Assembly (NCBI GenBank): GCA_963707635.1
Contig: OY970173.1
Location: forward strand, 1,152,001-1,216,000
Direction of reading: 5' to 3'
Length of the DNA: 64,000 nt
DNA from: Candidatus Latescibacterota bacterium
GTDB lineage: Bacteria > Krumholzibacteriota > Krumholzibacteriia > WVZY01 > JAKEHA01
Position 1 is the first letter of the stretch. Every line of letters starts with the position of its first letter. Positions 59,405 to 64,000 of this stretch are shown piece after piece. The translations under genes and the position numbers were made by a program. Below the pieces are notes generated by a model. That model saw only the letters and a program-made list of their open reading frames with translations. It searched no databases and was not told where the DNA came from.

Positions 59405-60799
59405 GTGGCCAGCCTGCGCCGCACGCTGCGTGATCTCGCCGACGCCGTCCGCGGCAGCGAGCAGGACTACACCGAGGGCAGCCTCGGCCGCGCCGTCCTC
59501 CTGCTGTCGGTCCCGATGGTGCTCGAGATGGCGATGGAGGCGCTCTTCGCCGTCGTCGACGTGTACTTCGTCTCCTCGCTCGGTCCGTCGGCGGTCGCGA
59601 CCGTCGGCCTGACCGAATCCGTCCTCACACTCGTCTACGCCGTCGCCATCGGGCTCGCCATGGGAACCACCGCGATGGTGGCGCGGCGGATCGGGGAAAA
59701 GCATCCGGCCGGCGCCGCCGACGTCGCGGTGCAGGCCATCGTCGTGGCCGCGATCGCGTCGATCCCGGTGGCCGTGGTCGGGCTCTGCTTCGCAAAGAAG
59801 GTGCTCGTGCTCATGGGGGCGGACGCCTGGGCGTTGGAGCACGGCTACCGCTACACCCGCTGGATGCTGGGCGGAAACGTCGTCATCATGCTGATCTTCG
59901 TGATCAACGCGGTCTTTCGCGGCGCGGGTGACCCGGCGATGGCGATGCGCGTGCTGTGGATTTCGAACGGAATCAACATCGTGCTCGACCCCGCGCTCAT
60001 TCGCGGGTGGGGCCCGTTGCCCGCGTTCGGCGTCGAGGGAGCCGCCATCGCGACGACCATCGGCCGCGGCGTGGGCGTGGCGATCCAGCTCGCCGTCCTG
60101 TTTCGCGGAGCGAAACACATCCGCGTGCTCCGCTCGCAGCTGCGCATCCACGCCGACGTGATGTGGCGCCTGGTTCGCCTTTCCCTCGGCGGGATCGCCC
60201 AGCTCATCATCGCCACCTCGAGCTGGGTCGGGCTCATGCGCATCATGTCCGAGTTCGGCAGCGTGGCGCTCGCCGGCTACACCATCGCGGTGCGTATCAT
60301 CATATTCACGTTCCTGCCGGCGTGGGGGCTGTCCAACGCGGCCGCGACCCTCGTGGGCCAGAATCTCGGCGCGAAAAAGCCCGAGCGCGCGGAACGCTCC
60401 GTGTGGCTGACCGGCCTGGCGACCATGATATTCATGGCGGTGGTGGCGGCGGTGTACATCGCGTTCAACCAGGAGTTGGTCCGAATATTCAGCCGCGAGC
60501 CCGGGGTGGTCGCCGCGGGCGCGGAGTGCCTTCGGATCGTCTCCTACGGATATCTGTTCTACGCGTGGGAGCTAGTGATCATCCAGGCATTCAACGGCGC
60601 GGGCGACACCATCACACCCACCAAGATCAACTTCGCCTGCTTCTGGCTGATCGAGATCCCGGTGGCATACGTCTTCGCGCTGAAACTGGGCGCGGGCGAG
60701 CGCGGCGTGTACTGGTCGATCGTGATCGCGGAGTCGATCGCCGGCCTGGTGGCGATCGTCTTGTTCCGGCGGGGCAGGTGGAAGGAGCGGGTGGTGTAG
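59405..60799 (+). CDS. MATE family efflux transporter
   Basis: Motifs PMVLEM.ME.LFAVVD, FRGAGD, NIVLDP and AAATLVGQNLGA. Confidence 0.93.
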   Translation: MASLRRTLRDLADAVRGSEQDYTEGSLGRAVLLLSVPMVLEMAMEALFAVVDVYFVSSLGPSAVATVGLTESVLTLVYAVAIGLAMGTTAMVARRIGEKHPAGAADVAVQAIVVAAIASIPVAVVGLCFAKKVLVLMGADAWALEHGYRYTRWMLGGNVVIMLIFVINAVFRGAGDPAMAMRVLWISNGINIVLDPALIRGWGPLPAFGVEGAAIATTIGRGVGVAIQLAVLFRGAKHIRVLRSQLRIHADVMWRLVRLSLGGIAQLIIATSSWVGLMRIMSEFGSVALAGYTIAVRIIIFTFLPAWGLSNAAATLVGQNLGAKKPERAERSVWLTGLATMIFMAVVAAVYIAFNQELVRIFSREPGVVAAGAECLRIVSYGYLFYAWELVIIQAFNGAGDTITPTKINFACFWLIEIPVAYVFALKLGAGERGVYWSIVIAESIAGLVAIVLFRRGRWKERVV

Positions 60800-60884
60800 G
60801 TCGCTTGCCCGGGATCCGCCGCCAGGGTGTAAACTCAGCGCGCGGCCTCGTCAGTCCGCAGGTCTCGATCGGGGAGGTAGCCAG

Positions 60885-61637
60885 ATGACACTCAAAGGCA
60901 AAGTAGCGATGGTCACCGGCGCGTCGTCCGGGATCGGTAAGGCGATCGCGCAGCTGTACGCGCGCGAAGGCGCCGCCGTCGTTCTCGCGGACATGAACCG
61001 GGAGGCGGGCGAGAGCGCCGCCGAGGAGATTCGCAAAGCCGGCGGAGACGCGTTGTTCGTGCCCGCCAACGTCGCGGAGGCGGCCGACGGCGAGCGCACG
61101 GTGAAAGCGGCGGTGGAACGCTACGGCCGCCTGGACTGCGCGTGCAACAACGCCGGCATCGGGGGCGAACCGAACCTGACCGCCGACTATTCGATCGAAG
61201 GCTGGTCGAAGGTCATCGCCATCAATCTTTCCGGCGTCTTCTACGGGATGAAGTACCAGATTCCCGCGATGGTGAAGAGCGGGGGCGGCTCGATCGTCAA
61301 CATGGCCTCGATTCTCGGGCAGGTCGGGTTCTCGGGTGCGAGCGCGTACGTCGCGGCCAAGCACGGCGTGGTGGGCCTGACCAAGAATGCCGCGCTCGAG
61401 TACGCGAAGAGCCGGATCCGCGTCAACGCGGTCGGCCCCGGGTTCATCAGCACGCCGCTCATCAAGGCGCTGGAAGACGACCCACGCGCGATGGAAACAC
61501 TGGTCTCGATGCATCCGATCGGACGGCTGGGGAGACCGGAAGAGGTGGCCGAACTGGTGGTGTGGTTGAGCTCGGAGAAGGCGTCGTTCGTGACGGGAAG
61601 CTACTACGCGGTGGACGGGGGGTATCTTTCTCGGTAG
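60885..61637 (+). CDS. Short-chain dehydrogenase/reductase
   Basis: Motifs TGASSGIG, NNAGIG, YVAAK and VDGGY. Confidence 0.94.
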   Translation: MTLKGKVAMVTGASSGIGKAIAQLYAREGAAVVLADMNREAGESAAEEIRKAGGDALFVPANVAEAADGERTVKAAVERYGRLDCACNNAGIGGEPNLTADYSIEGWSKVIAINLSGVFYGMKYQIPAMVKSGGGSIVNMASILGQVGFSGASAYVAAKHGVVGLTKNAALEYAKSRIRVNAVGPGFISTPLIKALEDDPRAMETLVSMHPIGRLGRPEEVAELVVWLSSEKASFVTGSYYAVDGGYLSR

Positions 61638-61738
61638 CCAGGCTCGGTAGCTTGGCTCGCTAGATCGATTTCGCGGTCTCGTCGGACGCGGCGACGCCGC
61701 GTGTGTCGGCACACGCGACGTCGCGCACGTCCTCTAAT

Positions 61739-62836
61739 TCAAAGAGTGGCCGGCGTTGGGGGGCAACGCGTCGCCCAGACGCCGCGGAAGAATCCACACT
61801 CGCGGTTCGCCTCGCCGGTGCCCCACACACCCTTCAGTCCACCCATGGCGCGCAGCTCGCGCGAGAACCACACGCCTTCGAACCAGCCGTCCGCTTCACG
61901 GGCGTTGGTGGAAGGAAGCACGCCGTAGGTGCCCTTCAAGAGGCCCTTGAAGCGGCCGTTCTCGCTGATCCACTTGCCGAAGAACACGTGGCGGCCTTCG
62001 CCGTTCTCGCCGTAGACGCCGCGCAGATAGCCCATGTGCACGCCGTTCTCGCTCACCCACTTGCCGCGGAACACGCCGGCGTAGCGCTTGTCTTCGACGT
62101 TGCGCCACTGGCCCGCGAGGAAGCCCTGCGGGCACTGACCCGGCATGACCATTACGGTGTTGAAGGCCACGGCGTTGCCCGCGTCGTCGACGGGAATCAC
62201 CTTGTGCAGGTTGGCCAGCTCGTCCTGGGTGAAGGTCACGGTGAGCGGGCCGGTCTTGAACGTGACCGAGAGCGGCTCGTCGCAGAGAGAATCAACCACT
62301 CCCGCCGACGTGCGCAGAGAATCGCAGCGCGTCTTCAGGAGCGACACGATCACGCCATCGAAGTGAGGCTGGGTGTGAGACACCCACTCGACGCACTGGC
62401 GCGAGGTGCGCGGCAGGAGGTAGTCGCGCGGCTCGAACTGGATGGTCCGCCGCACTACCATCACGCCGTTGTCGGCGCACAGCGATCCCGTCCAGTCGGT
62501 CGAAAAGTCGATCAGAGTATCCGCGCGCAGGTTTCCCCAGGTGACCATGAGGAAACGGTGCGGGCGCCGGCGATCGACGCGGGTGGTGTCGACGTCGTCG
62601 ACCACGGCCACGTCGGTCGCCGGGCCGTAGTCGGCCTCCAGCACCGCCTCGCCGAAGGCGGGGGCCTCGTCGGCTGTACTGAAGCCGCCATATGGATCGT
62701 CGAGGTTCACGGTCTGCTCACGGCTCGACACGTCGTTGGACAGGTCGGCGTCGGCCGCGTTGTCACAGCCGGCGAATACCCACGCTGCCAAGAGCGCAGG
62801 TAGCACGAGGTTCAGGACAGGTTGGATGCGTTTCAT
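61739..62836 (-). CDS. Hypothetical lipoprotein with C-terminal G-x-F-x-G-x-W repeats
   Basis: Lipobox VFAGC and repeats GVFRGKWVSENG / VFFGKWISENG / GWFEGVW / GFFRGVW. Confidence 0.75.
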   Translation of the reverse strand: MKRIQPVLNLVLPALLAAWVFAGCDNAADADLSNDVSSREQTVNLDDPYGGFSTADEAPAFGEAVLEADYGPATDVAVVDDVDTTRVDRRRPHRFLMVTWGNLRADTLIDFSTDWTGSLCADNGVMVVRRTIQFEPRDYLLPRTSRQCVEWVSHTQPHFDGVIVSLLKTRCDSLRTSAGVVDSLCDEPLSVTFKTGPLTVTFTQDELANLHKVIPVDDAGNAVAFNTVMVMPGQCPQGFLAGQWRNVEDKRYAGVFRGKWVSENGVHMGYLRGVYGENGEGRHVFFGKWISENGRFKGLLKGTYGVLPSTNAREADGWFEGVWFSRELRAMGGLKGVWGTGEANRECGFFRGVWATRCPPTPATL

Positions 62837-62946
62837 CGGAAGTCACTCCTTGTTCTGGCTTCCCACTTCTTGGCGGCTTCGTGCCGCTGCACGCGGGGCG
62901 CGTCTAACGGGTGGCGGCGCGGGTGGCGTCGCCTCAATCCGGGTAT

Positions 62947-62962
62947 GGCAACGCCCGTGCCG
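62947..62962 (-). promoter_or_regulatory. Candidate sigma54 -24/-12 promoter
   Basis: The minus strand reads CGGCACG-GGCG-TTGCC (consensus TGGCACG-N4-TTGC), about 110 nt upstream of the lipoprotein gene. Confidence 0.45.
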
Positions 62963-63127
62963 GGGCCGGGGTTGCATCGGTTGCTCTCGTAAGCTAAAGT
63001 GCCGGCATCGGTTTGGCGCTCCGGGTCGGCTCGACCTCCGGCCCCCTCGACGCCCGGGCTGTCCCTGTGGGTTCACACCGCGTACGCACGGGGACACACG
63101 GAAACCAGGTCCACGAGATAGGGACGG

Positions 63128-64000
63128 ATGACGAAGAAGCATTCCCTCCACTGGCAGGACGTTCTGGCGGCTGCGGCCGTGACCGCGTTCGCGACGGCCA
63201 TCGTCGTGCGGCCGCTCCCGAACCTCGACCTGTGGTGGCTGCTCGCCGTCGGCCGCCGCATCGTCGAGACCCACCGATACATCTACACGGACCCGTTTTC
63301 GTTCACGCTCGCGGGCGCGCCCTGGTCACCTCAGGGCTACGCCTCCGCGATCCTCTTCTTTCTGCTGCACAAGGCGGGTGGGATGGGCGCGATCGGGGTG
63401 CTCCGGGTCGCCCTCGTCGGCGTGACGGTCGCCCTGTCGTTTCGCTCCTTGCGGTCGATCGGCGCCTCGTGGGCGATGGCCGCGCCGCTGGTGATGGTGG
63501 CCGTGATCACCTCGCACTCGCGCCTCACCGACCGCGGCCAGCTCTTCGAGTACGTGTTCATCGCGTGGCTGATGGGGTTTCTCCTCACGTCGCATGAGCG
63601 CCGCGGCAGATCATTCTTCGTCCTGCCGGCGCTGGTTCAGCTGGCGTGGGTGCAGCTGCATTCGAGTTTCCTGCTCGGCCCGGCCCTGACCGCGATCTTC
63701 TTTGCCGCCGAGTGGATCGCATCGCGCGTTCCCGCGTTCCAGGACCCGAAGCGTCACGATTTTGGGCGCGCGGCGAAGCTGGTGCTCCTGATGGCGCTGG
63801 TCTGCCTGGTGAATCCGAATCCGAAGGCGTTCTTGATCCAGCCGTTCGACCCCGCGCAGCGGGAGCTCCTGTCGCAATTCACCCTGGAGTGGAAGTCGCC
63901 CTTCGACCCCGCGATCGCCGCGGGGAATTTCCATCCGTATTATGAAGTGCTGCTGGGGCTCGCGGCGCTCGCCGTGCTCCTGAACCTGGCCAGGCTCCCG
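63128..64000 (+). CDS. Multi-TM membrane protein, GT-C-like (DxWW..L..G family); 3'-truncated by the window edge
   Basis: ATG 63128 gives MTKKHSLHW...NLDLWWLLAVGRRIV...TDPFSFTLAGAPW...LAWVQLHSSFLLG, open to the window end and absent from the ORF track. Confidence 0.75.
   Translation, partial: MTKKHSLHWQDVLAAAAVTAFATAIVVRPLPNLDLWWLLAVGRRIVETHRYIYTDPFSFTLAGAPWSPQGYASAILFFLLHKAGGMGAIGVLRVALVGVTVALSFRSLRSIGASWAMAAPLVMVAVITSHSRLTDRGQLFEYVFIAWLMGFLLTSHERRGRSFFVLPALVQLAWVQLHSSFLLGPALTAIFFAAEWIASRVPAFQDPKRHDFGRAAKLVLLMALVCLVNPNPKAFLIQPFDPAQRELLSQFTLEWKSPFDPAIAAGNFHPYYEVLLGLAALAVLLNLARLP

Noticed and set aside
57008..60151. Long antisense or alternate-frame ORFs (e.g. 1047 aa here, also 4676..6673 and 23191..25101)
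   Set aside because: Arg/Ala/Gly-rich shadow ORFs expected in high-GC DNA. They overlap well-supported genes and carry no family motifs.
62919..62930. CGCGGGTGGCG matching the left arm of the nuo palindromic element
   Set aside because: No CGACAGGMCCCGC right arm follows, so it is probably a chance match in GC-rich DNA.

Overview
High-GC bacterial chromosomal window with no rRNA, tRNA, CRISPR array, transposase or phage genes recognisable by eye. The gene style (FlgD-Ig/T9SS-like C-terminal domain, PorT-like barrels, C-terminal [ST]WGxVKALYR tails) suggests an FCB-affiliated candidate phylum such as Krumholzibacteriota, which is an inference. In order, it holds: tandem DUF1573-like Ig-fold genes, the second a probable exported selenoprotein (in-frame UGA in a PG-U-G-C-T motif plus a GGUC-loop hairpin), with TlpA and DsbD; a minus-strand run of housekeeping and envelope genes; a complex I (nuo) operon that lacks nuoI, is split between nuoF and nuoG by an antisense beta-propeller gene, and carries three copies of a structured palindromic repeat; korAB; a duplicated leader+geneA+geneB module encoding four paralogous secreted proteins with a shared C-terminal tag that a fifth, unrelated protein also carries; a lower-GC glycosylation cassette that has replaced the middle of a GNAT/FemAB-like gene; an ino1/LysR/suhB inositol module; two barrels; an RND efflux trio; and MATE, SDR and membrane proteins. 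About nine single-base frameshifts in otherwise intact genes look like long-read consensus errors.
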